A stretch of 64,000 nt of DNA from Candidatus Giovannonibacteria bacterium. GTDB lineage: Bacteria > Patescibacteriota > Minisyncoccia > JACPKW01 > UBA11713. Below, piece after piece: positions 1 through 13,152 of this stretch (positions are counted from its first letter, which is position 1; every line of letters starts with the position of its first letter). The translations under genes and the position numbers were made by a program. The notes beneath the pieces were generated by a model, which was not told the origin of the DNA, did not search any database, and was given only the letters and a program-made list of their open reading frames with translations. Location of the stretch: assembly GCA_023266875.1 (NCBI GenBank), contig JAHFOJ010000001.1, positions 12,851 to 76,850 on the forward strand. The letters run 5' to 3'.

Positions 1-211
1 CAAGTGCGTCTTCGCTTCTGGGGCGCACAAGTTTTTTCACTCCGCCAGGTATGTTGATAGGATCAAACGGATCGTTCGGATCTTCGTCCTGATTAATACG
101 AAACTGTTTGACGAGACGCAAAAATCTCCAATCAATACAGCCCAGAAAAACACGTTTTACGATGTAATGATTTTCTGCAACAACAACTGAAAAAAGTTCT
201 TTCAATGCCAT
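1..211 (-). CDS. Hypothetical protein, C-terminally truncated by the window edge. N-terminus reads MALKELFSVVVAENHYIVKRVFLGCIDWRF...
   Basis: ATG at 211..209 is preceded by a strong SD-like GAGGAGAAGGGG. The reading frame stays open to position 1. Too short for the ORF track. No family recognised; a CxDxR motif is only weakly beta-carbonic-anhydrase-like. Confidence 0.4.
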   Translation of the reverse strand, partial: MALKELFSVVVAENHYIVKRVFLGCIDWRFLRLVKQFRINQDEDPNDPFDPINIPGGVKKLVRPRSEDAL

Positions 212-282
212 TTTTATTTAAGCCCCTTCTCCTCTTAAAATTTGAACAATTTCGACTAATAATACGCGCTTTAAAAATCTTG

Positions 283-522
283 TCAATCAACAAGCAACTT
301 TAAATTATTTTTGTCGTCCATCTCTAAAAAACCGGAATTGATTTGTTTTTCCTCGCGCGCGCCGCTATTCTTAATAATATTTAATTTTCCTTTCTCTAAA
401 ACAGATATCAGCGGCAAATGATTATCAAGCACAGTTATCTCCCCCGCCGCAGTTTTAACATTCACACCAGCGACATCACCCGCAAATTCCACTCCTTTTA
501 GAGAATAAATGTTTAGTTTCAT
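283..522 (-). CDS. atpC: F-type ATP synthase epsilon subunit; short form (79 aa) with the beta-sandwich domain only
   Basis: Last gene of the atp operon, immediately downstream of atpD. Size and beta-rich sequence fit the N-terminal domain of epsilon. TGA stop. Confidence 0.7.
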   Translation of the reverse strand: MKLNIYSLKGVEFAGDVAGVNVKTAAGEITVLDNHLPLISVLEKGKLNIIKNSGAREEKQINSGFLEMDDKNNLKLLVD

Positions 523-539
523 GTTTTAAGTTCTAAGTT

Positions 540-2827
<2,288 letters not shown>

Positions 2828-2834
2828 AAGAAGT

Positions 2835-4364
2835 TTATTTGAAATTTAATTTAAAGCGGCTAATCGCGTTTTCTAATGCAATTTCAGTCTTCTCATTTAA
2901 GTCCCGAGATATTCGAATCGGCTCCAAAACATCTGTTTCATGCATTCGACCCAAATATTCAACAAATTCATTTTCAAATTTTGAAATATTGGCAGGCGGA
3001 ATGCCATCCAAATGACTAAAAATAGCAGTATATAAAATTGCCACCTGAAGTTCAAAAGGTATAGGAGCGCCGTTTTGCTGTTTTAAGATTTCGGTTAAAA
3101 GTTCGCCGCGTGAAATCTGCTTTTTCGTATTTTCATCAAGATCCGACGCAAATTGGATAAATGCTCTAAGCTCGCGGAACTGAGCGAGTTCGAGCCTGAG
3201 ACGAGACGCGACTTTTTTCATTGCCTTTGTCTGCGCAGCCGATCCAACGCGCGATACGGAAAGCCCTACATTCACCGCGGGTCGGATACCCTGATAAAAA
3301 AGATTTGACTCAAGATAAATTTGGCCATCAGTAATCGAAATAACATTTGTAGGAATATACGCCGCAACATCTCCAAGTTTTGTTTCTATGATCGGGAGCG
3401 CCGTAAGAGAACCTCCGCCTAATTTTGAAGACAGCTTTGCCGCGCGTTCAAGCAATCGCGAATGCAGATAAAAAATATCACCGGGATATGCCTCTCTTCC
3501 CGGTGGGCGGCGAAGAAGGAGTGAGAGCTGGCGATAAGCATCAGCGTGTTTTGATAGGTCATCATAAATAACTAGGGCATCGTGGCCGCTTTCCATAAAA
3601 TATTCGCCGATTGCGGCTCCTGCAAACGGCGCTAAATACTGCATTGATGCAGGCGCGGAAGCTGGGGCGGAAACAATTATTGTGTAAGACATCGCCCCCA
3701 TTTCTTCAAGATTTTTTAAAATCTTTGCGATTTTTGAATTCTTCTGGCCGATTGCGACATAAATGCAATAAACTTTTTGACCAGATTCATTTTTTTGATT
3801 TAAAATAGAATCAAGCGCTAAAGCGGTTTTCCCAGTCTGACGATCACCAATTATCAGCTCGCGTTGCCCTCGACCTATGGGGATCATTGCATCAATAGCT
3901 TTTGTCCCTGTATGCAAAGGCGCACTCACACTTTCCCGATCGATAACTGATGGCGCCAGTTTTTCAATTGTCATTTGTTTCGCGCTTTTTAAATTCTCAA
4001 AAGGCGCCCCCTTGCCATCGAGCGGATTTCCAAGCGGATCGATAACCCTGCCCAAAAGTTCCTCGGATACCGGTATTGAAAGCACTTGCCCGCTTTTTTT
4101 GACCCTGTCTCCAACCTTAACTTTATATCCATCCCCAAGAATTATTAGTCCAATCGATGATTCTTCCAAATTAAACGCGAGCGCGGGGATATTATCTTTG
4201 CCTGTCTCAATATATAAATATTCTTGAGCAAGAGCGCCCGAAAGACCAGAGCACTTAGCTATGCCGTCTCCAACTTCAGTTACTATGCCGATTTCCTCAA
4301 AACTCGCGTCGTCGCTGAATCTTTCTATTTCCCGCTTTAATTTTTCGACAATATCATGAGCCAT
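2835..4364 (-). CDS. atpA: F1 ATP synthase alpha subunit
   Basis: 509 aa. Walker A GDRQTGKT. Conserved alpha-subunit sequence. Confidence 0.95.
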   Translation of the reverse strand: MAHDIVEKLKREIERFSDDASFEEIGIVTEVGDGIAKCSGLSGALAQEYLYIETGKDNIPALAFNLEESSIGLIILGDGYKVKVGDRVKKSGQVLSIPVSEELLGRVIDPLGNPLDGKGAPFENLKSAKQMTIEKLAPSVIDRESVSAPLHTGTKAIDAMIPIGRGQRELIIGDRQTGKTALALDSILNQKNESGQKVYCIYVAIGQKNSKIAKILKNLEEMGAMSYTIIVSAPASAPASMQYLAPFAGAAIGEYFMESGHDALVIYDDLSKHADAYRQLSLLLRRPPGREAYPGDIFYLHSRLLERAAKLSSKLGGGSLTALPIIETKLGDVAAYIPTNVISITDGQIYLESNLFYQGIRPAVNVGLSVSRVGSAAQTKAMKKVASRLRLELAQFRELRAFIQFASDLDENTKKQISRGELLTEILKQQNGAPIPFELQVAILYTAIFSHLDGIPPANISKFENEFVEYLGRMHETDVLEPIRISRDLNEKTEIALENAISRFKLNFK

Positions 4365-4736
4365 TTATGAAAATAAATTATTAAGTTTTCTTTTTAGTGA
4401 AAAATCTGCTTCCCTTTTGCCGTTTATTGTAATCCTAATTCCGGCCACCAATTCAGGAGTTGTTTTCACCACCAAAGTATCCGGCGCGGATAAATTCTTT
4501 AAAAACTTGGGGAGAGCCGATTTTCTTGCGAATTCCGCAATAATTTTCCTTCCGCCTTCACGTGCCCTAAATTCATCTTCAATCTCGGAAATTATTTTTT
4601 CGCGCCCATGCCAATCGCCATTTTTTCGGACAAGCGCGATAAAACGGCTAATTAAACTTGCTTTGTCTTTCGCTCCGACTCTCGCTTCATACACATCCAC
4701 AAACGCTACCGCATAATCTTTTGGCCTAATTTTCAT
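4365..4736 (-). CDS. atpH: ATP synthase delta (OSCP) subunit, short (123 aa)
   Basis: Position between atpF and atpA. Helical OSCP-like sequence. Function assigned mainly from synteny. Confidence 0.6.
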   Translation of the reverse strand: MKIRPKDYAVAFVDVYEARVGAKDKASLISRFIALVRKNGDWHGREKIISEIEDEFRAREGGRKIIAEFARKSALPKFLKNLSAPDTLVVKTTPELVAGIRITINGKREADFSLKRKLNNLFS

Positions 4737-5239
4737 CCGATCTCCTTTGCTACGATTCCAGCCGCCTCATTGATCAGCTTTGCATCAATTTCATCTGGAT
4801 ACGCATTTATCGCCTTAGCAAGCGCAATTTTAATAATATTCCCAGCTTCGCGCTCAAGATCTTTTAAAGCCGCTTCTTTTTCATGGGAAGCCACAATCTC
4901 TGCCTCCGCGATTATTATGTCTCCCCTTTTGTGCGCATCTAAAATTATATTTTCAGATTTTTTTTTACCTTTAATCTCTGCCAATTTTAAGAGATCCCCC
5001 GCTTCTCGTTCCGAACGCGCTATTGCTTCTTTCTTAATCACCTCAATTTCGCCCATTTTCTGCTCCGCCTCCTCGCCTAAACGCACGCCTAGCTCGATTT
5101 TTTCACGACGCTCTTCCAAAACAGCTTTTAGCGGCTTCCAAACTAAAAAAGAAATAATGCCAAGCAATATTAAAAAATTTGTTGCCTGGCTTAAAAACAA
5201 TCGCCAATCAACGCCGAGGGAAGAAAATAACGCCTCCAT
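4733..5239 (-). CDS. atpF: Fo ATP synthase b subunit
   Basis: 168 aa. Single N-terminal TM helix followed by a long charged coiled-coil. Position in the operon. Confidence 0.75.
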   Translation of the reverse strand: MEALFSSLGVDWRLFLSQATNFLILLGIISFLVWKPLKAVLEERREKIELGVRLGEEAEQKMGEIEVIKKEAIARSEREAGDLLKLAEIKGKKKSENIILDAHKRGDIIIAEAEIVASHEKEAALKDLEREAGNIIKIALAKAINAYPDEIDAKLINEAAGIVAKEIG

Positions 5240-5245
5240 GGCTTG

Positions 5246-6233
<988 letters not shown>

Positions 6234-6246
6234 AAAAAATTCTATG

Positions 6247-7731
6247 TCACTTATCGCCTATTTTAACAAGAAAAAGTTTGCGCAAAACTTCCGGATCTGC
6301 GCCGATTTTTTTCGATTTAGCTTCTCGCATCCCCTGCCCCACCAAAAACTGCATCGAAGCCTCTTTCCCTGATTTGAAATCTCTTACGGCCTTCTCATTC
6401 GTGGCAATCACGCCATCAACAATCATTTCGATATAATTATTATCAGTTGAAATCATATAACCTTCGCGTGCCGCTACCTCCAAAGGCTCTTCTCCGGTTC
6501 GAACCATAATCTCAAGCGTATCTTTAGCGCCGCGGGATGAAAGGCCGCCTTGCAAAATCAAGCGCATAAGATCCCCAAAATTTTCCGGGCTGACTTTCGC
6601 TCTTACATCATTGAATGGCATTGTCTTTGAAACCGCCGTCCCTCTCAAATCAGAAATAATATAATTTGCACAAAGTTCGATTATTTTTTCAGTATTAATT
6701 TTGTCATTATCAGCCTTCGCTTCCGAAACCGACTCCTCAAAATAGTTAGCCCACTGCCTATCTCTAATTAATATTTCAAGTTTTTCCCCGCTCAGCCCAA
6801 ATTCCTTGGAAAATCTGGTCCTTTTCGCGCTCGGCAATTCTGGCAATTTCGCTTTTAATATCTCAGGCTGGAAATCAGAAACTTCCGACAATCTCATTGG
6901 CGGCAAATCCGGTTCCGGAAAATAGCGGTAATCATGAGCTTCTTCCTTCGAGCGCTGTGAAACTGTCTTCTGATTTACATCATTCCATCCCCGCGTTTCC
7001 TGTTTAACTTTTTCACCACTCTCTAAAACTTCCGTTTGCCGTTTTATTTCGAAGTCAATCGCACGCTCGACCGCGCGAAATGAATTGATATTTTTCACCT
7101 CTACCTTAGTTCCCAACTTGGCGGTTTCACCGCCAAGTTGGGCAATTGAAATATTTGCCTCCACACGCATCAAGCCCAATTCCATGTCCGCATCGGAAAC
7201 ACCAAGATAACGCATTATTAGCTGCAATTCTTCGGCAAACTCGCGCGCCTCTCCAGCCGCGCGCATATCTGGCTCCGTTACAAGTTCCATCAACGGAATT
7301 CCCGCGCGGCCATAATCCACAAGCGTCACACCTTTTTCGTGTGCGTTTCTTGCCGCATCCTCTTCCAAATGCGCTCTAGTGATTCTCACTTTCAACTTCG
7401 AAAAAGGAAGTTCTAATACTCCTTCTTTGACCAACGGATATTGATATTGAGAAATTTGATATCCCTTTGGTAAATCAGGATAGAAATAATTTTTACGGTC
7501 AAATCGGGATTCATCCGCTAATTTCGCCCCAATCGCCGCGCCAAATCGCAGAACTTTATAGATTGCCTCTTTGTTCGCGACCGGCAATGTCCCGGGATGG
7601 CCGAGACAAATCGGGCAGATATTCGTATTCGGGCGTTTTTCTAAAGGATCGTTCTTGCATGAACAAAACATTTTGGTCTTTGTCTTGAGTTCAGCGTGTA
7701 TTTCTAATCCAATTGTAGGTCTATAATTCAT
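6247..7731 (-). CDS. gatB: Asp-tRNA(Asn)/Glu-tRNA(Gln) amidotransferase subunit B
   Basis: 494 aa. N-terminus MNYRPTIGLEIHAELKTKTKMFCSC...NTNICPICLGHPGTLP is a GatB hallmark. YqeY-like C-terminal domain. Ends 13 nt upstream of atpB. Confidence 0.9.
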   Translation of the reverse strand: MNYRPTIGLEIHAELKTKTKMFCSCKNDPLEKRPNTNICPICLGHPGTLPVANKEAIYKVLRFGAAIGAKLADESRFDRKNYFYPDLPKGYQISQYQYPLVKEGVLELPFSKLKVRITRAHLEEDAARNAHEKGVTLVDYGRAGIPLMELVTEPDMRAAGEAREFAEELQLIMRYLGVSDADMELGLMRVEANISIAQLGGETAKLGTKVEVKNINSFRAVERAIDFEIKRQTEVLESGEKVKQETRGWNDVNQKTVSQRSKEEAHDYRYFPEPDLPPMRLSEVSDFQPEILKAKLPELPSAKRTRFSKEFGLSGEKLEILIRDRQWANYFEESVSEAKADNDKINTEKIIELCANYIISDLRGTAVSKTMPFNDVRAKVSPENFGDLMRLILQGGLSSRGAKDTLEIMVRTGEEPLEVAAREGYMISTDNNYIEMIVDGVIATNEKAVRDFKSGKEASMQFLVGQGMREAKSKKIGADPEVLRKLFLVKIGDK

Positions 7732-7825
7732 AATTCAATTGCTCGCCCCGTACGAAACCGAAGGTTTTCGTTTGGGGTCGGTTTAAATTTCATAAATAAA
7801 TTCTAGCAATTATCTAATATTTTTT

Positions 7826-7860
7826 CCATAAAAAGGCCTTTGCGCCCGCGCGCAAAGGCC
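7826..7860 (-). terminator. Rho-independent terminator downstream of the 7893..8408 gene
   Basis: Perfect 11-bp GC-rich stem GGCCTTTGCGC/GCGCAAAGGCC with a 4-nt loop at 7835..7860. On the minus strand it is followed by a TTTTT tract (plus-strand A run 7830..7834). Confidence 0.55.
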
Positions 7861-7892
7861 ATGAAGTCTGCAACGCTTATGATCGCTATCGA

Positions 7893-8408
7893 TCAAGCTG
7901 CAGTTCTATTAGACTTAGTGAGAATTTCAGGGGCGGCGACTTCTTCCCCTAAGCTTACTTGGATGCCACGAGGACACCCAGAAATCATGAGCTCCCGCAT
8001 AATCCCAGGGCGACCGTTTAGTCCAACGAGGTTAAATGTCGAGCCGCGCACTTCGATCTTTGGGATTCCCTGCTGAAACGCCACAGTAAACTTGATTTTG
8101 TGGATGATGCGCTTGGAAAGCATATCCACATGTTTTGACGCCAAGATAGCTTGCCCTTTTCGGTCAACTTGGAGTCCGAAAGCTCCCCCCTTCTGAGCAT
8201 CGACCTCCATCACCAGCCTTGCAGGCCGGTCAATCTTAAAACATCCTCGTTCGTCAGGCGACAATTCATTGCCACCAATCGTTTTAACCATGACTCTCAG
8301 CCCCGGCTGAACATTAAACTTATTTTTCTCCATTCTCACCCCTCCTTTTGTTGTTTTTTGATTCCCGATGGAGCAATGGAACCACTGTAAAACATAATAC
8401 AATCTCAA
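7893..8408 (-). CDS. Hypothetical protein. The likely real start is the internal Met at about 8333 (MEKNKFN...)
   Basis: 171-aa ORF, divergent from efp. Non-repetitive protein-like sequence. No family recognised. Confidence 0.45.
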   Translation of the reverse strand: MRLYYVLQWFHCSIGNQKTTKGGVRMEKNKFNVQPGLRVMVKTIGGNELSPDERGCFKIDRPARLVMEVDAQKGGAFGLQVDRKGQAILASKHVDMLSKRIIHKIKFTVAFQQGIPKIEVRGSTFNLVGLNGRPGIMRELMISGCPRGIQVSLGEEVAAPEILTKSNRTAA

Positions 8409-8463
8409 TCTTCAGTCAACTTAGACTTGCGGAAAACTCAAAAATCAATATAATTCTAGCCAT

Positions 8464-9036
8464 ATGCTTTCATACACCGATTTAACTCCCGGAACGGAAT
8501 TTATACTTGCGGGCGAGCCATACGAAGTGCTCGATTATCAGTTTGTCCGGATGCAGCAAAGAAAGCCCTCCGTGCAAACCAAGATCCGTAATTTAATTAC
8601 TGGAAAAGTTGTAGCCCACACATTCCAGCCGTCTGATTCGCTAAAAGAAGCGGAAATTGAAAAAGAAACAATTAAATTCGTCTACGAACACCGCAGAGAA
8701 TATTTTTTTCAAAAACCATCCGACCCAAAAAGCCGCTTCCAGCTTTCCGAAGAATTGATTGGAGATAAAGCAAAATATCTCAAGCCAAACATAGAAGTTG
8801 TGGCTTATAAATTTAACGAAAAAGTAATCAACGTAAAATTGCCTGTAAAAATAGATTATCTGGTTAAAGAAGCTCCGCCAGGATTTAAAGGAGACACAGC
8901 CACCGGAGGCACAAAGTCTGTTACGCTCGAAAACGGGCTCCAGATCCAAGTTCCTTTGTTTATCGGCGAGGGCGATATTGTGCGGGTAAACACAGAATCT
9001 GGGATCTACACCGAACGCGCCGAAAAAGCATCATGA
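8464..9036 (+). CDS. efp: Translation elongation factor P
   Basis: 190 aa. GEPYEV, KIRNLITG and the C-terminal GDTATGGTK...VPLFI motifs of EF-P are present. The loop is non-canonical (see findings). Confidence 0.9.
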   Translation: MLSYTDLTPGTEFILAGEPYEVLDYQFVRMQQRKPSVQTKIRNLITGKVVAHTFQPSDSLKEAEIEKETIKFVYEHRREYFFQKPSDPKSRFQLSEELIGDKAKYLKPNIEVVAYKFNEKVINVKLPVKIDYLVKEAPPGFKGDTATGGTKSVTLENGLQIQVPLFIGEGDIVRVNTESGIYTERAEKAS

Positions 9037-9099
9037 TATCCACTGTTACTTTTGCTCCCCCATTTTTGTTTAAGATATAATGGGTAAAGTTTTTTCATT

Positions 9100-9795
9100 A
9101 TGAAATTAAACCACATTGCAATAATTCCTGATGGCAACCGAAGATGGGCTAAAGCGCATAGGCTCCCCACCTTTAAAGGACACGAAAAAGGCATGGCAAA
9201 TGTTGAATATATTCTGCGCGAAGCGCGAAGAATGAATATCCCATATGTGACCGCTTGGGGCTGCTCCAGAGACAACGTTACCAAAAGAAGTATCTCTGAA
9301 ATTCGATTTCTCTATAACATCTTTGAAAAAAATTTCAATAAAATGCTGACCGATGAAGAAATCCACAAGAATAAAGTGCGGGTTCGCGTAATTGGCGAGT
9401 GGCCTAAATTTTTTCCAAGCGGGCTTAGAAAATCCATACGAGCAATTGAAGAAGCCACAAAGACTTACAATAAATTTCATCTGACCTTTTTGATGGCTTA
9501 TGATGGGAAACGCGAAATGGCGGAAGCGATTCGAAGAGCGCAAAAATCTAGCTCGTCAGTTTCTGAATCAAATCTAAAAAACTATCTCTGGACTAAAGAC
9601 CTGCCGCCAGTTGATTTAGTTATCCGCTCTGGTGAATCTGGAAATTTCGCGCACTGGTCAGCAGGATTTTTAATGTGGCATACTGCAGACTCCGAATTCT
9701 ATTTCACAAAAACGACATGGCCAGCATTTTCTGCAAAAGAATTCAGAAAAGCCATCAAGCTCTACGAAAAACGCCCTCGAAACAAAGGAAAATAG
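9100..9795 (+). CDS. uppS: cis-Prenyltransferase (undecaprenyl-diphosphate synthase family)
   Basis: 231 aa. IIPDGNRRWA substrate-binding motif. C-terminal IRSGESGNF...W region resembles the UppS RTSGE...NFLLWQ region. Confidence 0.75.
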   Translation: MKLNHIAIIPDGNRRWAKAHRLPTFKGHEKGMANVEYILREARRMNIPYVTAWGCSRDNVTKRSISEIRFLYNIFEKNFNKMLTDEEIHKNKVRVRVIGEWPKFFPSGLRKSIRAIEEATKTYNKFHLTFLMAYDGKREMAEAIRRAQKSSSSVSESNLKNYLWTKDLPPVDLVIRSGESGNFAHWSAGFLMWHTADSEFYFTKTTWPAFSAKEFRKAIKLYEKRPRNKGK

Positions 9796-9800
9796 AAAAA

Positions 9801-10427
9801 CTATAAACTCTTATTCAAAAAATCAATAGTCTTTTGCCAAGCGTCTTTGGCAGCTTTTTCGTTATAACTTTCTCGATCTTCATTCGCGAATGCGTGGCCA
9901 GCGTCATCATATATATCAATCTCGTTCGTCTTTTTCAAATCTTCGAGCGCTTCGCCAAATCTTTTGACTGTCTCGCGCGGAATACTTTTATCGGCTCCGC
10001 CAAAAATTCCGAGCACTGGGGCGGAAATATTTCTTAACACCTCTTTGCTATCAGAAATCCTTGAGCCGTAATAAATTATATACGCTCCGGCTTTAATTCC
10101 GCCGATCGCCGCGAGATATGCGAAACTTCCTCCCATGCAAAATCCCCATATTGCTATATTCTCCGGCCGGATCCCCTCTCGGCCAAGTTCTACAATATCA
10201 TCCCTTATGACCAACAAGGCTTCCCCATCAACTACCGCATCTTTCATAGCCCGCGCCTCATCTACGCTCTTCGCGACTTTCCCGCCATACAAATCAGCCG
10301 CAAAAACAATATACCCTTCCCGAGCAATGCGATCTGCAGTTTTCTTAATTTGATCAATTACCCCCCAAAATTCATGGATCAAAATTATTCCTTTGCCATT
10401 TGGATTTTTGGGCTTTGAAATATACAT
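9801..10427 (-). CDS. Dienelactone hydrolase family protein
   Basis: 208 aa. Alpha/beta hydrolase with nucleophile motif GFCMGG and the DLH-like layout. Confidence 0.8.
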   Translation of the reverse strand: MYISKPKNPNGKGIILIHEFWGVIDQIKKTADRIAREGYIVFAADLYGGKVAKSVDEARAMKDAVVDGEALLVIRDDIVELGREGIRPENIAIWGFCMGGSFAYLAAIGGIKAGAYIIYYGSRISDSKEVLRNISAPVLGIFGGADKSIPRETVKRFGEALEDLKKTNEIDIYDDAGHAFANEDRESYNEKAAKDAWQKTIDFLNKSL

Positions 10428-10447
10428 CGTAAATTTATTCTAAGCTA

Positions 10448-11944
10448 TTAAAACGTTTCAAGTAAGCGAACAAGCAGGCGAACTGGAGCGCCTGCTGCTC
10501 CTTTCGCCAAAAATTCTCCGTCGATAGTCGTCATTCTTGGAGCGATATCCAAATGCACCCACGGAAAATCTTTTGCCCATTGCCACAAAAAAACCGCGGC
10601 AGTTGTCGCTCCCCCGTTACGATTCTTTCCTGTATTTGCCCAATCACCGAATGTGCCTTTGATTTCATCTTCATAATCTGTGGAAAGAGGCAAAGGCCAG
10701 ACCGGGTCATTTGTCTCCTCACCAATTTTTCTGAACCGCTCTTCCAGTTTTTTATCCGAAGTAAAAAGCCCTGTATAGCGCTGGCCTAGCGCAACCATAG
10801 CCGCCCCTGTGAGTGTCGCGACATCAACCACAAGCGAGGGATTATATTTTTTTGCGTAAGTGAGCGCATCTGCGAGAATAATTCTTCCTTCGGCGTCCGT
10901 ATTCAAAACTTCAATTGTTTTGCCTGACATCGTCCGCAGAAGATCTCCCGGGTGATAGCTCGAACCCGAAGGCATATTTTCAACGGCAGGGATTAGCCCG
11001 ACAATATTTTTCTTAAGACCTAATCGAGCGGCCGCGCGAATTGTGTGAATCACAGCCGAGCCTCCCGACATATCCATGTGCATTTCATAAATTGCCTGTT
11101 CCGGTTTCAAATTAAGCCCGCCAGTGTCAAAAGTAACGCCCTTCCCAATTAGCACAATCGGCTTTTTTGCTTTTAAGCCATTTAAATATTCTATTACGAT
11201 AAATCGCGGAGGCTCATCCGAACCGCGCGCTACTCCGAGTATTCCACCCATTCCGAGCGCCTTTATTTTTTCTTCGTCAAAAACTGAAACTTTAATTTTT
11301 GTTCCTTTGGCATCGCGTGAGGCATGTTCGGCCAAAACCTGCGGGGTCATATCTCCTCCGGGTGTATTCGCAAGTTCTCGGCACGCGTTTACTTCTTCCC
11401 CTATAATCGTCCCGCGCCTAAATCCTTCAGAAATATTTATGTCCAGCTTTAGGCATAAGCCCTCTATTTCGCGGATGCAAGCAAATCCTCCCTCCGGCGG
11501 AGTTTTATATTTGTTAAATTCAAAATTAGCCATAATCGCGTTTGCGGCCATGGCTTCATAGAAATCTCTTGTCTTTTTTGCGTTGCCCATCGGCGAGGAT
11601 AAAAACGCGAATTTATCAATTTTTTCTTTCTTTGCCGCCACGATTGCAATTCGAGTTCCAATCACTGCTTTTTTCAGTGAAAAATCTTGCTTCTTACCCA
11701 CGCCTACAAGAAAAACTTTCCGCCCTGTCTCAGGCATAACAAAAAGTTTGTATTCTTTTTCTTTCGGGACAATCCCTTTCTTTATCCTTCGGAAATATTC
11801 TTTCTCGATTTCGTCTAAATAGTTAAAGAGTGAATAAACTGTTATATCATCTCCTTCAAATATAAAGAAAACTAAAGAGATATTAGGTGTTTGAAGCTTT
11901 CTTATAAGGCTGAATTTAATGGTCATAATGTCGAAAGATAGCAA
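10448..11944 (-). CDS. pepA: Leucyl aminopeptidase (M17 family)
   Basis: 498 aa. NTDAEGRIILADALTYA M17 signature. Conserved Zn-binding region. Confidence 0.9.
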   Translation of the reverse strand: MLSFDIMTIKFSLIRKLQTPNISLVFFIFEGDDITVYSLFNYLDEIEKEYFRRIKKGIVPKEKEYKLFVMPETGRKVFLVGVGKKQDFSLKKAVIGTRIAIVAAKKEKIDKFAFLSSPMGNAKKTRDFYEAMAANAIMANFEFNKYKTPPEGGFACIREIEGLCLKLDINISEGFRRGTIIGEEVNACRELANTPGGDMTPQVLAEHASRDAKGTKIKVSVFDEEKIKALGMGGILGVARGSDEPPRFIVIEYLNGLKAKKPIVLIGKGVTFDTGGLNLKPEQAIYEMHMDMSGGSAVIHTIRAAARLGLKKNIVGLIPAVENMPSGSSYHPGDLLRTMSGKTIEVLNTDAEGRIILADALTYAKKYNPSLVVDVATLTGAAMVALGQRYTGLFTSDKKLEERFRKIGEETNDPVWPLPLSTDYEDEIKGTFGDWANTGKNRNGGATTAAVFLWQWAKDFPWVHLDIAPRMTTIDGEFLAKGAAGAPVRLLVRLLETF

Positions 11945-11989
11945 AATATTTAGATTATTGGAAGAGGATGTATAAAAACTATAAATTCA

Positions 11990-12013
11990 CTATTTCCGCG
12001 ATCGCGGAAATAG
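11990..12013 (-). terminator. 24-bp perfect palindrome CTATTTCCGCGATCGCGGAAATAG between the FKBP gene and pepA; candidate terminator or operator
   Basis: The sequence equals its own reverse complement. A 9-bp stem with a GATC loop is possible. The flank on the minus strand is T-rich (GTGAATTTATAGTTTTTATA). Confidence 0.35.
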
Positions 12014-12098
12014 AATTAAACATAAATAAACATATGATAGGCATGGGAATAATTAATTTACTCCCGCACTAACTTGTTTTATATCCACTATTTTCCCC

Positions 12099-12629
12099 TT
12101 ACAAGTTGGCGTGGGAGCTTATCTTCAGTAATTCAACTTCAAAAATCAATGTAGCGTTAGGAGGGATTGCTGATCCAGCGCCCCTCGCGCCATAACCAAG
12201 CTCCGGCGGAATTGTAAGCTTACGCATCTCGCCTACTTTCATGCCCATCATACCAACTTCCCATCCCTTAATCACCTGCCCCGCGCCTAGAGTAAATTCG
12301 AAAGGCTCACCGCCGTCGCGCGATGAATCGAATTTAGTCCCATTTTCAAGCGTGCCTACATAATGGACTGTAAGCTTGTCTCCATTCTTAGACGCCACGC
12401 CTGTTCCCTCCTTCAAGGTTTTGACAGTAACACCTATAGTTTCAACTTCCGTCTTCAAATTCGGATTTGAATTCGTAACCTGTTTATTTTCAGATGGTTT
12501 ATTAGCATTTTCCATATCTTTTTCTTCGTAATATTTTGATAAATAATAAAAACCCGCTCCTGCGATCACCAAAATTAAAAGCGACCAGATAATATTAAAA
12601 TTCGTTTCTTTATTCTTATTTTGGTCCAT
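12099..12629 (-). CDS. FKBP-type peptidyl-prolyl cis-trans isomerase with an N-terminal membrane anchor
   Basis: 176 aa. One TM helix near the N-terminus. C-terminal FKBP domain (GQVIKGWEVGMMGMKVGE...IPPNATLIFEVELL). Confidence 0.85.
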   Translation of the reverse strand: MDQNKNKETNFNIIWSLLILVIAGAGFYYLSKYYEEKDMENANKPSENKQVTNSNPNLKTEVETIGVTVKTLKEGTGVASKNGDKLTVHYVGTLENGTKFDSSRDGGEPFEFTLGAGQVIKGWEVGMMGMKVGEMRKLTIPPELGYGARGAGSAIPPNATLIFEVELLKISSHANL

Positions 12630-12761
12630 AACAAATAGTTTAAAACAAAATTAAGCTCGCTGCCACTCGATTTTTTCCCCGCTGCGCCTTTTTTCAGCCA
12701 TTACAAGCTCATCGAATATCCCATCAATCAATTGATAACCTTTTGCTTCCTCAAGCGTAAC

Positions 12762-13139
12762 TCAAGTAAATTCCACTGTCTCTTCCGGCTGAAGCTTTAT
12801 ATCGCCTGATACATAATCAGCAACACATGAAATCACAAGCGAAGGTGCACCGTCTTGATGTACAGTCGCAAGACTCGTTACATAATCTACGTTAGAAATT
12901 TCAATCCCGACTTCTTCTTTAACTTCGCGCTCAAGAGCGCGCTCAAGAACATTATACCAATAGTGCTCCGTATCCTTAGGAAGTGCTAAATAGTCATCGG
13001 TCTCAAGTCGCCCTCCTGGAACCGTCCACATTCCCGGGAAGCGTTTTTTTGTTGGAGAACGCTTGGTAATTAAATATCTTCCGTCTTTCACGACGATCGC
13101 AGTCATAACTACTTCATGTAAATATTGATTTTCTGACAT
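12762..13139 (-). CDS. Nudix hydrolase (125 aa as called). The same frame continues 36 codons beyond the TGA, down to 12652
   Basis: Nudix box GGRLETDDYL...REVKEEVGIEI. See the finding on the in-frame TGA. Confidence 0.75.
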   Translation of the reverse strand: MSENQYLHEVVMTAIVVKDGRYLITKRSPTKKRFPGMWTVPGGRLETDDYLALPKDTEHYWYNVLERALEREVKEEVGIEISNVDYVTSLATVHQDGAPSLVISCVADYVSGDIKLQPEETVEFT

Positions 13140-13152
13140 ATTGATTTATATT

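Noticed and set aside
12652-13139. Alternative genetic code (UGA=Gly, code 25) suggested by the in-frame TGA in the Nudix gene
   Set aside because: Long conserved genes are intact under the standard code, and TGA clearly terminates atpC and atpD. No systematic in-frame TGA was seen.
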